A stretch of 60,083 nucleotides of DNA, counting the filler, from Nitrospinae bacterium RIFCSPLOWO2_12_FULL_45_22 (lineage in GTDB: Bacteria > 2-12-FULL-45-22), in the NCBI GenBank assembly GCA_001803565.1. It is 2 parts of 2 records of this genome, joined end to end, with 100 filler letters (N's around TTAATTAATTAA, not from the genome) between each part and the next. Parts side by side here need not be neighbours in the genome. Positions count along the whole stretch, not along the records: positions 1 to 28,334 come from MHDQ01000127.1; positions 28,435 to 60,083 come from MHDQ01000128.1. The stretch is one strand, 5' to 3'. The translations under genes and the position numbers were made by a program. Positions within the stretch are counted from its first letter, which is position 1. Each line of letters begins with the position of its first letter. Below, piece by piece: positions 25,407 to 37,091 of the stretch. The notes under the pieces were generated by a model. That model saw nothing but the letters and a program-made list of their open reading frames with translations. It was not told the DNA's origin and ran no database searches.

Positions 25407-28334
25407 ATGCTCTCCTTGGATCACGAGCTGGTGGAGGAAAAGACTGAGGCTATTGGCAGGGAGATATTTTCCTCGATGGCCGAAGAGGGGCTTTCGTGGG
25501 AGGCCCGGGTATTGGAATGGTGCCTGGCCAATGAAGCCCTCAAATTCCAGATCCTGCGCTTTATAGATGTCCTACCTGCCCTCACTACCCCTAAAGAAGT
25601 AGCTAAACACCTGCGGGAATATTTCCCTCACCCAGACCAGCGGCTACCCATAGCCCTGCGGGTGGGGGTCACCTTTACTAGACCGGCCCTGATTACTTCC
25701 CGGGTGATAGCTGCTACTACCCGTTATATAGTTACCCGGATGGCCCGGAAGTTTATTGCCGGTGCTAGCGTCGAAGAGGCATTAAAGGCGATAAAGGGAC
25801 TCAAAGAAGGGCAGATGAGTTATACCCTGGATATTTTGGGAGAGGCTATTACCAGCGAAAAAGAAGCCGGCTTATACATGGAACGCTATATTGAGTTGAT
25901 GGAAGCGGTAGCCAGTAAAGAACCCACCAGCCAGATCAATATCTCCTTGAAACTATCTTCTTTATATTCCCAGTTCGATCCCATTGCTCCCGAAATTACA
26001 TCTGTTGTGGTAAAAAACCGGCTCCGGAAAATATTGCAGGTAGCCAGGAGATTAGGAGCCTTTGTGAACGTTGATCTGGAGCAGTATCAGTATAAAGACC
26101 TTACGCTGGAGATTTTTAAAGAACTATTAGTAGAAGAGGAATTTAGGGAATATACTCAGGTAGGAACCGTGATCCAGGCTTATCTGAGGGACGCAGAAGA
26201 AACCTTAAGGGATATCATTAATTGGGTGCAGCAGAAGCGACGAGGCCACCCTATCCAGATAAGGCTGGTCAAGGGTGCGTATTGGGATTATGAGACTATT
26301 ATAGCCAGCCAGAGGGGCTGGCCTATGCCGGTATTCACCAGGAAATGGGAGACGGATGCCAATTTTGAAAAGCTAATAGAACTCTTGCTCAAAAACTATG
26401 CCCATATCTATACGGCCGTTGCCAGCCATAATGTCAGGAGTATCGCCCATGCTATGGCAGTGGCCCATACCCTGAAGGTGCCTGAAGATAAGATAGAGTT
26501 TCAGATGCTTTATGGGATGGCGGATGAGATCAAAAAGGCCCTGATAAAGATGGGTCAGAAAGTCCGGGTCTATACGCCTTATGGAGAGCTTATCCCAGGC
26601 ATGGCTTATCTGGTACGGCGTATCCTGGAGAATACCTCTAATGAATCTTTCTTACGGCATCGGATAATTAAGGATCTTCCGCTAGAAGAGCTTATAAAAA
26701 ACCCAGGGGAAATCAAAAGCTCTGTAGTGCAAGAAGTAGAACTAAAGGATAAGCCAGAAGCTGGGGTAGTGCTGCCTTTTAAAAATTATCCGCTACTAGA
26801 CTTCTCTAAAGAAGAGAATCGCCGAAAGCTGAGACAAACTTTGCCGGCTATCCAGCGGCAATTTGCTGAACAATATCCCTTGATTATTAATAACAAAAAG
26901 GTCTGGACTAGCGATACCATCCCTTCTCTTAACCCTGCCCGGCCGCAAGAGCTGGTTGGTATAATAGCTAAGGCCAATACTGGACATGCTGCCGAAGCCC
27001 TCAGGGCTGCCCGCGAAGCCCTCCATAAATGGCGTACTGTGCCCTATAACCAACGGGCCGAGTATCTCATTAAAGCTGCCATAGCCATGGCCCGCAAGCG
27101 GATGGAACTAATGGCCTGGCAGGTGTACGAGGTAGGAAAGAGTTGGCGTGAGGCCGATGCCGATGTGGTAGAAGCCATTGATTATCTAGAATATTATGCC
27201 CGGGAGATGCTGCGTTTGGGCCCGCCACGCTTACTGGATCATATCCCCGGAGAGGTGAATCAATATAGCTATCAACCCCGGGGCGTAGGGGTGATCATTG
27301 CCCCCTGGAACTTTCCGCTGGCTATTCTTACTGGAATGACCTCTGCGGCTATTATTGCTGGTAATACCGTAATAATGAAGCCCGCAGAGCAGTCTTCAGT
27401 AGCAGGGGCCAAGCTTATGGAGATATTTCTGGAGATTGGATTACCTCCGGGTGTTGTTAATTATCTTCCTGGCATTGGTGAAGAGGTAGGAGAGTTTTTA
27501 GTAAAGAGCCCCGGGGTCAATTTTATTGCCTTTACCGGGTCAAAAGAAGTGGGCTTGCATATCAATCAGATAGCCGCTCAGACACAAGAGGGACAAGGAG
27601 GTATCAAGCGGGTAATAGCTGAGATGGGGGGCAAGAATGCCATCATTGTAGATGCCAGCGCTGACCTGGATGAAGCGGTTTTGGGGACGGTTCATTCCGC
27701 CTTTGGCTATCAAGGTCAGAAGTGTTCCGCTGCCTCCCGGGTCATTGTCCTGGAAGGAGTCTACCGGGTATTCCTTGAGCGATTGATAGAGAGTGCCCGC
27801 AGTATAAAGGTTGATTTCCCTGAAAAGCCAGATACCATTGTCGGACCCCTGATTGATGAAGCGGCCTTAAATAAGGTACGAGACTATATTGAGATAGGTA
27901 AAATAGAGGCTAAATTGGTGCTCGAGACCGATGTGTCTGGCATAGCCGGGGGAGGATATTTTGTCGGACCAACCATATTTGCCGATGTGCCATGGAGTGC
28001 TACTATTGCCCAGGAAGAGATATTCGGCCCGGTGCTGGCAGTCATTAAGGCCAGAGACTTTGCTGAAGCCCTCTCTATCGCCAATAATGTCCCTTATGGC
28101 CTTACCGGCGGAATATACTCCCGTACACCATCCCATATAGAACAGGCAAAACAGGACTTCCGGGTAGGCAATCTATATATCAATCGGAAGATTACCGGGG
28201 CGATTGTGGGCCGCCAGCCTTTTGGTGGGTTTAAGATGTCAGGGATTGGCTCCAAGGCTGGTGGGCCCGACTATCTTTTGCAATTCATGGAGCCCCAGAC
28301 TATTACAGAAAATACCATGCGGCATGGCTTTGCC
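25407..28334 (+). CDS. putA: Bifunctional proline dehydrogenase / L-glutamate gamma-semialdehyde dehydrogenase (last codons lost in gap)
   Basis: PRODH motifs IRLVKGAYWD, ASHN, FQMLYGM, AYLVRRILEN; ALDH motifs PWNFP, FTGS, AEMGGKN, GQKCSA, EEIFGP, QPFGG. Confidence 0.95.
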
Positions 28335-28434
28335 NNNNNNNNNNNNNNNNNNNNNNNNNNNNNNNNNNNNNNNNNNNNTTAATTAATTAANNNNNNNNNN
28401 NNNNNNNNNNNNNNNNNNNNNNNNNNNNNNNNNN
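28335..28434. other. Artificial contig linker
   Basis: 44 N + TTAATTAATTAA (stops in all six frames) + 44 N. Confidence 0.97.
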
Positions 28435-28541
28435 ATTATTATGCGGTGTTCTCACGTGATACTGCTACTGTCCCGAACTGGAACGATACGGTAACGGAGG
28501 GTCAGAATGCGGATACCGGTATTTCCCCGGTAGGGCCATAA
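28435..28541 (+). CDS. 3' end of a gene cut by the contig start (possibly FN3-like secreted protein)
   Basis: Manual translation YYAVFSRDTATVPNWNDTVTEGQNADTGISPVGP*. Confidence 0.4.
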
Positions 28542-28817
28542 GCTATTAGCCCAAAGTACCTGTACCGAGGGCGTTCCCACCTAATGAGGCTCAGGGAAAT
28601 GCCAGGAAGGGCCAATATCATTTAGATACATACCATACCCAGCGCTATTTTTGGCGAGGCTCATATCACTGGAACTCCGAATATTGGGTTGAGTTACCCA
28701 ATTCCCTACCTGGACAGGTATTGTGATTGATCCAGAAATCCTTATTATCTGGAGGAAATTACCGATGATATATATATTTTCTTCCAGGTATTTATAACCA
28801 TAGTAAGGAATCATTTC

Positions 28818-30056
28818 ATGAAAATATTGGTTATTGCTCCTACTCCTTTTTTTGCGGACCGGGGCTGCCATATAAGGATCTATCGCGAAATTGATTATTT
28901 GCAGTCCAAGGGGCATCAGGTAGAGCTAGTTACCTATCACCTGGGAGATAATCTGCCAGGCTTAAAAATCCACCGTACTATCAAACTCCCCTGGTATAGA
29001 AAGTTAGGTCCCGGACCATCTTTTCATAAACTCTATATTGACTTTCTCTTATTGTTTAAAGCCTTAAGAGTGATAGGCAAATTTAAACCAGACATCATTC
29101 ATGCCCATCTTCACGAAGGGGCTATAATTGCTAAAATATGTAGCTGGGTTTATAAAATACCGGTGGTCTTTGATGTACAGGGCTCCTTGGTGGGAGAGCT
29201 CAAAGCCCACAAATTTATCCGTAAAAATTCTTTTTTGGGAAAAATCTTTCTATTCATAGAAAGTTGGACTTATCATACGGCTCATATCCTTTTTGTTAAT
29301 ACCAATTATACTGCCGAAAACCTTGTTCGGGATTATTCCTTAAATCGAGGGTCTATCTTAGTAATCCCTGATGCTGCTATAGATGCCTCCCCTATGACTT
29401 TGTTTAATCCACCCGATAGGAAGAGGTCTGAGTTAGCTATTCCCCTGAATAAGAAAATGGTGGTTTATTTGGGAGTGCTGGGCGAACACCAAGGAACCGA
29501 CTTTTTGTTGCGGGTAATTCAATATGTCCTGAGAGAAAGGGACGATATCCATTTTCTTATCATGGGTTATCCCGATGAAAAGAAATATATGAACCTGGCC
29601 ACAACATATAATATCGCTAAATATGTATCATTTACCGGCAGGATACCCTTTACTCAGAGATGGGAATATCTCGCCGTAGGGGATATCGCCGTAGCACCCA
29701 AATTTATGGATGGAGGTGAAGGGAATGGCAAATTATATGATTATATGATGGCTGGCCTTCCCACTGTTGTTTTTGACCATCCGGTAAACAGGGAAATATT
29801 GGGAGATAAAGGCATATATGCCAAAACAGCCGACATTGGCTCCTTCGGAGATTGTATCTTGAGGCTGCTAGGGGACAAAAAATATTATCAAGAAATGAGG
29901 GATAAGATAAGGTGCTCCCAGTTTGAGGAGGATGTATCCGGTAGAAATTCCTTCTTTGCTTTAGAGCAAGTCTTAGAATCTATCCATAGATCAGCAAAAA
30001 ATGGCTATTTCTGTCACAAGATTCCTGAAAGTGAAGCAAATACCAGACCATATTAA
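28818..30056 (+). CDS. Glycosyltransferase family 4
   Basis: IAPTPFFADRGCH, DIIHAHLHE, KLYDYMMAGLP. Confidence 0.9.
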   Translation: MKILVIAPTPFFADRGCHIRIYREIDYLQSKGHQVELVTYHLGDNLPGLKIHRTIKLPWYRKLGPGPSFHKLYIDFLLLFKALRVIGKFKPDIIHAHLHEGAIIAKICSWVYKIPVVFDVQGSLVGELKAHKFIRKNSFLGKIFLFIESWTYHTAHILFVNTNYTAENLVRDYSLNRGSILVIPDAAIDASPMTLFNPPDRKRSELAIPLNKKMVVYLGVLGEHQGTDFLLRVIQYVLRERDDIHFLIMGYPDEKKYMNLATTYNIAKYVSFTGRIPFTQRWEYLAVGDIAVAPKFMDGGEGNGKLYDYMMAGLPTVVFDHPVNREILGDKGIYAKTADIGSFGDCILRLLGDKKYYQEMRDKIRCSQFEEDVSGRNSFFALEQVLESIHRSAKNGYFCHKIPESEANTRPY

Positions 30057-30383
30057 ACGGTGAAGACCCGGAGAGTGTCATTACTTGGTATAATGATCTG
30101 ATGCGCAAGCGGACAGAGAAACGGGCGGATCAACTCTCAAGTGGAGCAGTTCAACCCAGCTTGGTAGTTGAACACGGCAGCCGTATGGGAACACATAGGA
30201 AGCATCGATCTGTGCTGTCTACCTGTACGATACACATTGTAGGACCACTAATATCTTGCATAGTGGTAACGGTCTGATAATTGAGCTTGAATACGGCCTT
30301 ACTAAATCTCTTTCCAATATCATCTACTCCGACACAAATTAAACGGCTGAGATGAGAATGTAAAAGGTATATAAGGACAATGG

Positions 30384-32771
30384 ATGAATAGTAAAGGTCA
30401 AAATCATATCGTTGTTGTGGAAGCTTACGAAGGTTTTATCGAGTATCTTTCTGATGAGTCAGAGGAACGAAATTCCTTTCAGGGGCTTGGTCTTCCAGTC
30501 GAAGAAATTGCCGAGCATCTTGATTGTCGAATTACCATTCTTTGTTGGGATCAATGGTATCGTTATGAACTAAAGGAGACTTGGGGGTCAACACCAGCGA
30601 CACGGCCAGTATCACAACCAGATTTTAGTAACATGTCAAGAGTTTTGGAATCCAGCAGAATAAAGCGGATCCCTATTCCCGCGAGAGATCCTGAATACTG
30701 GCTTTTATTCGATGAAAAAGGTTTGAGTCCTCGTTCTCATGGGCTAATCAATGATAGCGGGTTATTATTTTTCGTTTCTTATTGTTTGAGCAAGGAACTT
30801 CGAGTATTTTATAATAATGACCCCTTCCAGGTTGTCATCCTGCCCATGTGGGGTGGCGTCGGATATGTTTCTCAGATGGCAAGGGCAACGCAGGTTTCTA
30901 ACATGGTGGATGTGCCTTTCGTAGTTGTGGCTACAGATAAATCTATTAATCGCCAGATGGCTAATCAGGAGGGAATCTGGACTCGCCAGGCGATTGTTCA
31001 ACGTCAAATGGAAGATGTTTCGCTTGCTCTGGCCGACCTTGTGCTGATCTTCGGACCGAGGGGTAATGAGATCGCTATTGATGGCAGGCTTCCCGAATCT
31101 CCTTCCCCGGTTTGTGCACCCCGTTTTGTTGAGGACTTGTTGGTCGATAAAATTGCCAATGCGTCAGCACAACCTGCTGATACTCACAGTCCTTTAGAAT
31201 TTTTTCTTCACGAACCCCAACAGGCCGCATCAGGAGTGCTGACTCTCTTAGATGCCGTTACTCTTTTGACAAATAAGGGGATAAGATTAAATAGGCCGGT
31301 GATAAGTGCCGGACCACCCATGATTTTTGCTCCCATGAAGCCAAGAACGTTTATGGATTATTGGTCGTCTCGGGGATCTGTGCGTGAACTTATCCGCGAA
31401 CACCAATGGGAATGGAGGAGAGAATATTCCTACCTTGATCAGGTTTTCCGGGTTCGTCTTTATCTTAGTTTTTTTGACTATCTTCCAAATGTTTGGGCAG
31501 AACTTGCCCGAGGTTCTTTAGTGCTTCTTTCTCCATCTGCAGCAGAGGGATTGGCTCCTGGAAAGATTCTTCCTCAGGAGGTCTTAATTCAGGGAGATCC
31601 AGTTCCTGAAAAAGTGGCAGATTCTCTGGAGAAAATCGCAGGGACAGATATCAAAAAACTCGATCAGATCAGACGAGAGTTATGTGCACGGGTTGTAGAA
31701 GCGCACCGAGGAAAGGGGCGACGGCGTCTTATCGAAAAAACTACCAAAGCCCTTGGACAGATCCTTCAGTCTCCCCCTGAACCACAAGACCTATCACGAA
31801 TCTCTCTTATGTTTTTTGATCGCCGTGTATCCCTTCGGACACTTGCACAGAAAGACAAACCACCTCCCTTGCCAGAACCAAGATCAGGCATAAAAAAAGG
31901 AACACTGTCTGTTGTTGTGATCTGCTATGAGGAGGGGTCCATGATCAAGGAAGCTCTAGATAGCGTTTGGGCTTCAGAGCGGCAACCTGATGAGGTGCTT
32001 CTCGTCGATGACGGTTCACATGGAGATGAAACCCTTACAAATATTAGAGAACTTGAAAAGGATGCATCAAAAAAAGGATTCCCTTTAAGGGTTATTCAAC
32101 AAAGGAACCGAGGATTAGCTTCGGCTAGGAATGCCGGCCTTGGGGCAGCAAAAGGAGAATTTATCTCCTTCCTCGATGGAGATGATATGATTGAACCTCA
32201 GTTCTATCGGATTGCCCTTGAAATTCTCGAGAGGTATCCGCGTTTGGGGGGGGTCGCCGCATGGGCATTACTCTTTGGTGCTGATATTACCGACGGCTTT
32301 TGGAATGCCCCGCAGCCGGAATTTCCTTTTTTATTTATTGAGAATAGTATAATCGTTCCCTGTTTGACACGTACGGAACTTTTACGGGATCTTGGCGGTT
32401 ATGATATCCGTCAACGTTATAATTACGAAGACTGGGAATTAGGTATTCGAATGCTCGTGTCGGGCTGGCCGATTGTTACTGTTCCCATGCATCTTTTAAA
32501 GTATCGTGTCCGTACAAATTCACTCTACCGGAGTATGACCTACGTGCAGAATCAAGTTATGCGAGAACTTTTGTTAAACACTCATCGGGAGACAGTTTCC
32601 AAATTCTCTGTCGAAATTGCTATGCAATTGGAAAATCAATGGATGAAATCCATCCATCCTGATTTAACACCACCCATTTCGATACAAGGCAATAACAATA
32701 CTGTTTCCTTCTGCAGAAGGCTCTCGCAAAAGGTTCGAAGGCTTCTTACGCGTACACTAATAACAAACTAA
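30384..32771 (+). CDS. Multidomain glycosyltransferase (degenerate GT-B N-terminus + GT2)
   Basis: C-terminal LSVVVICYE, VDDGS, NRGLASARNAG, FLDGDD, YEDWE. Confidence 0.85.
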   Translation: MNSKGQNHIVVVEAYEGFIEYLSDESEERNSFQGLGLPVEEIAEHLDCRITILCWDQWYRYELKETWGSTPATRPVSQPDFSNMSRVLESSRIKRIPIPARDPEYWLLFDEKGLSPRSHGLINDSGLLFFVSYCLSKELRVFYNNDPFQVVILPMWGGVGYVSQMARATQVSNMVDVPFVVVATDKSINRQMANQEGIWTRQAIVQRQMEDVSLALADLVLIFGPRGNEIAIDGRLPESPSPVCAPRFVEDLLVDKIANASAQPADTHSPLEFFLHEPQQAASGVLTLLDAVTLLTNKGIRLNRPVISAGPPMIFAPMKPRTFMDYWSSRGSVRELIREHQWEWRREYSYLDQVFRVRLYLSFFDYLPNVWAELARGSLVLLSPSAAEGLAPGKILPQEVLIQGDPVPEKVADSLEKIAGTDIKKLDQIRRELCARVVEAHRGKGRRRLIEKTTKALGQILQSPPEPQDLSRISLMFFDRRVSLRTLAQKDKPPPLPEPRSGIKKGTLSVVVICYEEGSMIKEALDSVWASERQPDEVLLVDDGSHGDETLTNIRELEKDASKKGFPLRVIQQRNRGLASARNAGLGAAKGEFISFLDGDDMIEPQFYRIALEILERYPRLGGVAAWALLFGADITDGFWNAPQPEFPFLFIENSIIVPCLTRTELLRDLGGYDIRQRYNYEDWELGIRMLVSGWPIVTVPMHLLKYRVRTNSLYRSMTYVQNQVMRELLLNTHRETVSKFSVEIAMQLENQWMKSIHPDLTPPISIQGNNNTVSFCRRLSQKVRRLLTRTLITN

Positions 32772-32787
32772 AGGATACGAGTCTTTT

Positions 32788-35034
32788 ATGAAACATCTGA
32801 TCATCTGCCGTGAATATCCTCCTGCACCTGGAGGAGGTGTTGGAACTTACGTACATAATATATCCCAATTGCTTGCCCAAAGTGGGGAGACTGTCCACAT
32901 AATTGGACAACTTTGGGAAGGAGCTGAGGAAAAAGTCGAAGAGAAGTGTCATGGAAGGTTAATCATTCACCGCGTTCATTTCGAAGACTGGAAATTATCT
33001 TCTGGCCGGATACTGGGTTCCACTAACAAGTCCAAAGAAGAGAAAGGCCTTCTTGAATCAAATTTCTATCCTCAATGTTTTTCCTGGCAATCTGGTCTTC
33101 TTGCTGAAAGGCTTGTTGATCAGGAAGGAATTGACATAATTGAAGCGCAGGAGTATGAGGCGCCCCTGTATTTTTTCCAGTTTCGACGCGCTCTGGGGCT
33201 TGGACCAAAACGGCATCCCCCTTGTATCGTACACCTACATTCTCCTACCGAATTTATCGCTCAATACAACGATTGGAATATTAGTTCGCCTGCTGTGCAA
33301 ACGGCAAAACGGCTTGAAGATTACAGCATTGCAACAGCAGATGCATTACTTTGCCCCAGCCGATATCTCGCGCATCAAGTAGAAGCTTATTATGGATTGG
33401 CAGAAAATACCGTATGGATCATTCCGTGTCCTATGGGAGACAATCCTATGCTCGAAAGGAATAAAGACACGTGGGAACATGGAACAATCTGTTATGTAGG
33501 GCGACTTGAAATGCGCAAGGGAGTAATAGAGTGGATTGATGCTGCTGTTGCGGTTGCTCGTGAATATCCGACAGCATATTTTGAATTTGTCGGCGCTAAT
33601 GTTCTCGGTAATGCTTGGATGGAGGGCGAGGAGTTTGTGGAAAGTCGGATTCCAGATGATCTACGGATGAGGTTTTACTTTCACGGCCAAAAAAAGAGAT
33701 CTGCTATCCCACAGGTCCTGGTAGGTGCCCGTATGGCTGTCGTTCCATCTCGCTGGGAGAATTTTCCTAACACTTGCATTGAGGCCATGTGTTCAGGTCT
33801 CCCAGTGATTGCGTCGCGTGATGGAGGGATGGCAGAGATGATCAAGGATGGCCAAACGGGTTGGCTGGCCAGCAAGACAGGATGTGAAGGTCTTGCAGAT
33901 GCCCTCGGACGTGCGTTGGGGACCCCGTCGGCAAAGATTGCCGAAATGGGACGTAATGCATCGTTGGACATAAGAAGGATGTGCGATAACAAGAAAATTG
34001 TGGAAAGCCATTTAGATTTCCGCAGTCAGATTGTTAATCAAGGCGCAAAACGTTCTTTGTACCTGCCATTGAATTTGCCTTGGGCCAAAAGGCCACTTTC
34101 TGATGAGTCAGAGCGCCGAACTCCAAAAAAGAATTCTGAGAAAGGTCTCGCCATTGTAATCACCTGCGCCAATAACGGCCGATTCCTCGACGAATGCTTG
34201 AGGAGTATTGAACGGCAGACTCGCAGGCCGGCGTCTGTTGTTATTGTGGATGACAAATCGACAGAGGAGTTAACATTGAAAGCTCTCAACAAAGCACAAC
34301 AAGAAGGATGGCGGATTATTCAAAAAAGAAAGGGGGATCTTTTACCTGCTAAGAATACCGGTATCGAAGCAATTCTCAGTTCTGAGCCAAATCTCCTTGG
34401 TTTTGCTTTTCTCAATACGGAGGACCGGCTGCAGCTAGGCTTTGTTGCAGCATGCGAATCGGTTCTTCAACATTGCCCTGAAGTTGGTATCGTTTCCTGC
34501 TGGACTCATTATCTCTGGAGTGATGGGAGAATCTGGATCAGACCTTGTCCCAGCTTCCCTTACCAGTGGTTATCCAACGATGCGGTTCCTTTTAGTGCCA
34601 TACGAACCGATGCATTGCGTGAAGCTGGTTACTTTCGTTCCGTAATGAGTCGAGAGTACGATGATTGGGATCTTTTTAATGCCGTAATGGCAGCAGGTTG
34701 GGTTGCTGTAACCATACCTGAGATACTTGGTGAACACTGGTTCATAGATGACTCAATGCTCCAAACGAGTCTTCATATCTATGGGAAGATGCGTCGAGAA
34801 CTTCTTGAAAGATTTCCAGATTTAGTCGCACGTGATGCCAAGGATATCATTCTTCTCTCTGTGTGTGATACAACAAGGTTATTACGCGAAAAACATTTCA
34901 AAATATGGCTACAATGTGCAATAAAACGAATGTTACCCTACTCCGCTCTATGGGTTCTTAAGAAAGTAAAAAACAAAATGCTTCGGAATGGCCCAGCTTG
35001 GATGTCTAACTTTATTTTTCGTGTGACGAGTTGA
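32788..35034 (+). CDS. GT4-GT2 fusion glycosyltransferase
   Basis: REYPP..GGGVGTY, VGRLEMRKG, PSRWENFPNTCIEAM; C-terminal GT2-like VDDKST. Confidence 0.88.
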   Translation: MKHLIICREYPPAPGGGVGTYVHNISQLLAQSGETVHIIGQLWEGAEEKVEEKCHGRLIIHRVHFEDWKLSSGRILGSTNKSKEEKGLLESNFYPQCFSWQSGLLAERLVDQEGIDIIEAQEYEAPLYFFQFRRALGLGPKRHPPCIVHLHSPTEFIAQYNDWNISSPAVQTAKRLEDYSIATADALLCPSRYLAHQVEAYYGLAENTVWIIPCPMGDNPMLERNKDTWEHGTICYVGRLEMRKGVIEWIDAAVAVAREYPTAYFEFVGANVLGNAWMEGEEFVESRIPDDLRMRFYFHGQKKRSAIPQVLVGARMAVVPSRWENFPNTCIEAMCSGLPVIASRDGGMAEMIKDGQTGWLASKTGCEGLADALGRALGTPSAKIAEMGRNASLDIRRMCDNKKIVESHLDFRSQIVNQGAKRSLYLPLNLPWAKRPLSDESERRTPKKNSEKGLAIVITCANNGRFLDECLRSIERQTRRPASVVIVDDKSTEELTLKALNKAQQEGWRIIQKRKGDLLPAKNTGIEAILSSEPNLLGFAFLNTEDRLQLGFVAACESVLQHCPEVGIVSCWTHYLWSDGRIWIRPCPSFPYQWLSNDAVPFSAIRTDALREAGYFRSVMSREYDDWDLFNAVMAAGWVAVTIPEILGEHWFIDDSMLQTSLHIYGKMRRELLERFPDLVARDAKDIILLSVCDTTRLLREKHFKIWLQCAIKRMLPYSALWVLKKVKNKMLRNGPAWMSNFIFRVTS

Positions 35035-35035
35035 T

Positions 35036-35995
35036 ATGGAAAGGTGTACAGGCATGAATATACTTATATCGGCTATAATATGCACGCATAATCGTGCTAA
35101 GTATTTGACAAAAGCAATTCAAAGCCTGGTGGATCAATGCACACCCAAAGACAAGTACGAAATCATAATAATAGACAACTGCTCAACGGATTCCACGAAA
35201 GAAGTAGTAGAACGATTTATAGGCAACAGCAATATAAAATACATCTATGAATCAACCTTGAGTCTTTCATTTGCACGGAACACTGGCTGGAGCAATGCAA
35301 AGGGAAAGTATGTTGCTTACCTGGATGATGATGCTGTTGCTTGTCCAGTTTGGCTTGACAAAATTTTAGAAGTATTTGAAACCGTAACACCGAGACCCGG
35401 TTGCGTAGGTGGGAGGGTAGAATCAATATGGGAATCTCCTAGGCCGAGATGGTTGTCAGATTGGCTTTTACATGGTCTTACCATCATAGATTGGTCAGAA
35501 ACTCCGCATGTTTTGACTAATCTTTCTGCGGAATGGCTCGTTGGAGCTAATATTGCTTTTCCGATTGAAATTCTTAAAAGCGTTGGTGGATTTACCTCAA
35601 GTCTTGACCGGGTGGGGAATAATCTCTTATCAAGTGGTGATGTATTCCTTGAAAAACAAATCACCAAAATGGGATATTCCTGCTTTTATCATCCAGACAT
35701 CGCTATCGGACATCACATATTTGAATCGCGACTTAGTCAGGCCTGGTTCATTCGTAGGTATTACTGGCAGGGCATTTCTGATGCGGTAATGCAAATACTT
35801 CAAGAAAGACCTTCAACATTAAAGCGATTACGCTTTTCTATCTCGGAGGCGGGAATCTTTTTACGATCACCAAAAAAAATAATTACTCTTATGTTGCCAA
35901 CAAGTGATCCAGAACAGTTTACTCAAAAATGTTTTGATTTAATAACATTGGGGCATATATACGGCTTATTAAGATTTGCGAACCGATGGCTATAA
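35036..35995 (+). CDS. Glycosyltransferase family 2
   Basis: ISAIICTHNR, IDNCSTD, SFARNTG, YLDDD. Start may be MNILIS at 35054. Confidence 0.92.
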   Translation: MERCTGMNILISAIICTHNRAKYLTKAIQSLVDQCTPKDKYEIIIIDNCSTDSTKEVVERFIGNSNIKYIYESTLSLSFARNTGWSNAKGKYVAYLDDDAVACPVWLDKILEVFETVTPRPGCVGGRVESIWESPRPRWLSDWLLHGLTIIDWSETPHVLTNLSAEWLVGANIAFPIEILKSVGGFTSSLDRVGNNLLSSGDVFLEKQITKMGYSCFYHPDIAIGHHIFESRLSQAWFIRRYYWQGISDAVMQILQERPSTLKRLRFSISEAGIFLRSPKKIITLMLPTSDPEQFTQKCFDLITLGHIYGLLRFANRWL

Positions 35996-37068
35996 ATATA
36001 CATCTAATTCGCACCCAACGTCCTCATTGGGGTACATACTCAGGCATAAATCAGTTTTTAAAATATGTTGATCATAACAAATATCACATAGATGTTTATG
36101 TTGCATCAGATCATGATGGAGATTTTCCAATACGAAACCGAGTGGTACAAAAATGGTTACGTTATATAGTGCAACGAAACGGTATGCAATATTATAAGCT
36201 GAGCGACCTGACTGCTGAGATCAAAGCGTTCCGTAAATGCTGGTGGAATAAAATCGATATAATCCATTATATGGATGGCGAGCACTCGGCGCAGTATTTG
36301 TCCTGGTTATGCAAACTACATCGAAGAATGAGGCCGAAAATAGTTGCTACGTATCACCAGCCTCCGGAACTGTTAGATTCACTTATTCGCAAGGATGTCA
36401 TCTCCAGGTTCGATTACATCACCGTAGTATCGCCGGAGCAAGTATCTTACTTTAAACAATTTGTGCCATCTGATAAAATACAGTTAATTCTGCATGGCAT
36501 AGACACTCACCATTTTAAGCCGGGCGGTACTCTAAAAGATAAAAATAAGTTCAAATGTATAACGACGGGCCACTGGCTAAGGGATTTCAAGGCTGTACGA
36601 GAGGTAGCAGAGAAATTGATGGCATATAAGGACATAGAGTTTTACGTTATGACGTCTAAATTAACAGGTCCTAGAGTAACCGGACTGGAAGGTCTAGCAA
36701 ACGTTACGCTATATAGAGATCATATTGATGATGCAAGATTATTAGAACTGTACCAGCAGTCAGATATATTGTTCCTGCCTTTGTTACAGTCTACGGCAAA
36801 TAATGGGATTCTTGAAGGGATTGCTTGCGGGTTACCGGTAGTGTCAACTTACTTGCCATCCGTGAAGGCATATCTACCGGGGAAGGAAGCTGTCTTGATA
36901 AAAGATAACGATCCAAAACAAATCGTAGATGCGATATTGCATTTGGTTCATAACCCGGAGGACTGTAAAAATATGGCGTTAGAAGCTCGCAAGAGGGCTG
37001 AAGAACTTGATTGGCAGAACATCGCCCCACAATATGAAGCGGTCTATTCTAAACTAAAAAGTAGTTAA
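35986..37068 (+). CDS. Glycosyltransferase family 4
   Basis: HGIDT..F.P, NNGILEGIACGLPVV. Confidence 0.88.
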   Translation: MAINIHLIRTQRPHWGTYSGINQFLKYVDHNKYHIDVYVASDHDGDFPIRNRVVQKWLRYIVQRNGMQYYKLSDLTAEIKAFRKCWWNKIDIIHYMDGEHSAQYLSWLCKLHRRMRPKIVATYHQPPELLDSLIRKDVISRFDYITVVSPEQVSYFKQFVPSDKIQLILHGIDTHHFKPGGTLKDKNKFKCITTGHWLRDFKAVREVAEKLMAYKDIEFYVMTSKLTGPRVTGLEGLANVTLYRDHIDDARLLELYQQSDILFLPLLQSTANNGILEGIACGLPVVSTYLPSVKAYLPGKEAVLIKDNDPKQIVDAILHLVHNPEDCKNMALEARKRAEELDWQNIAPQYEAVYSKLKSS

Positions 37069-37091
37069 TCCGATATTATACGGACAATGGT

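Noticed and set aside
28581-28916. 111-aa minus-strand ORF
   Set aside because: It overlaps the GT4 start on the opposite strand and has no recognisable domain.
30056-30345. Possible transposase remnant (GEDPESVITWYN) and IS-like end sharing TCCGACA with 41335-41341
   Set aside because: Too short and degenerate to support without a search.
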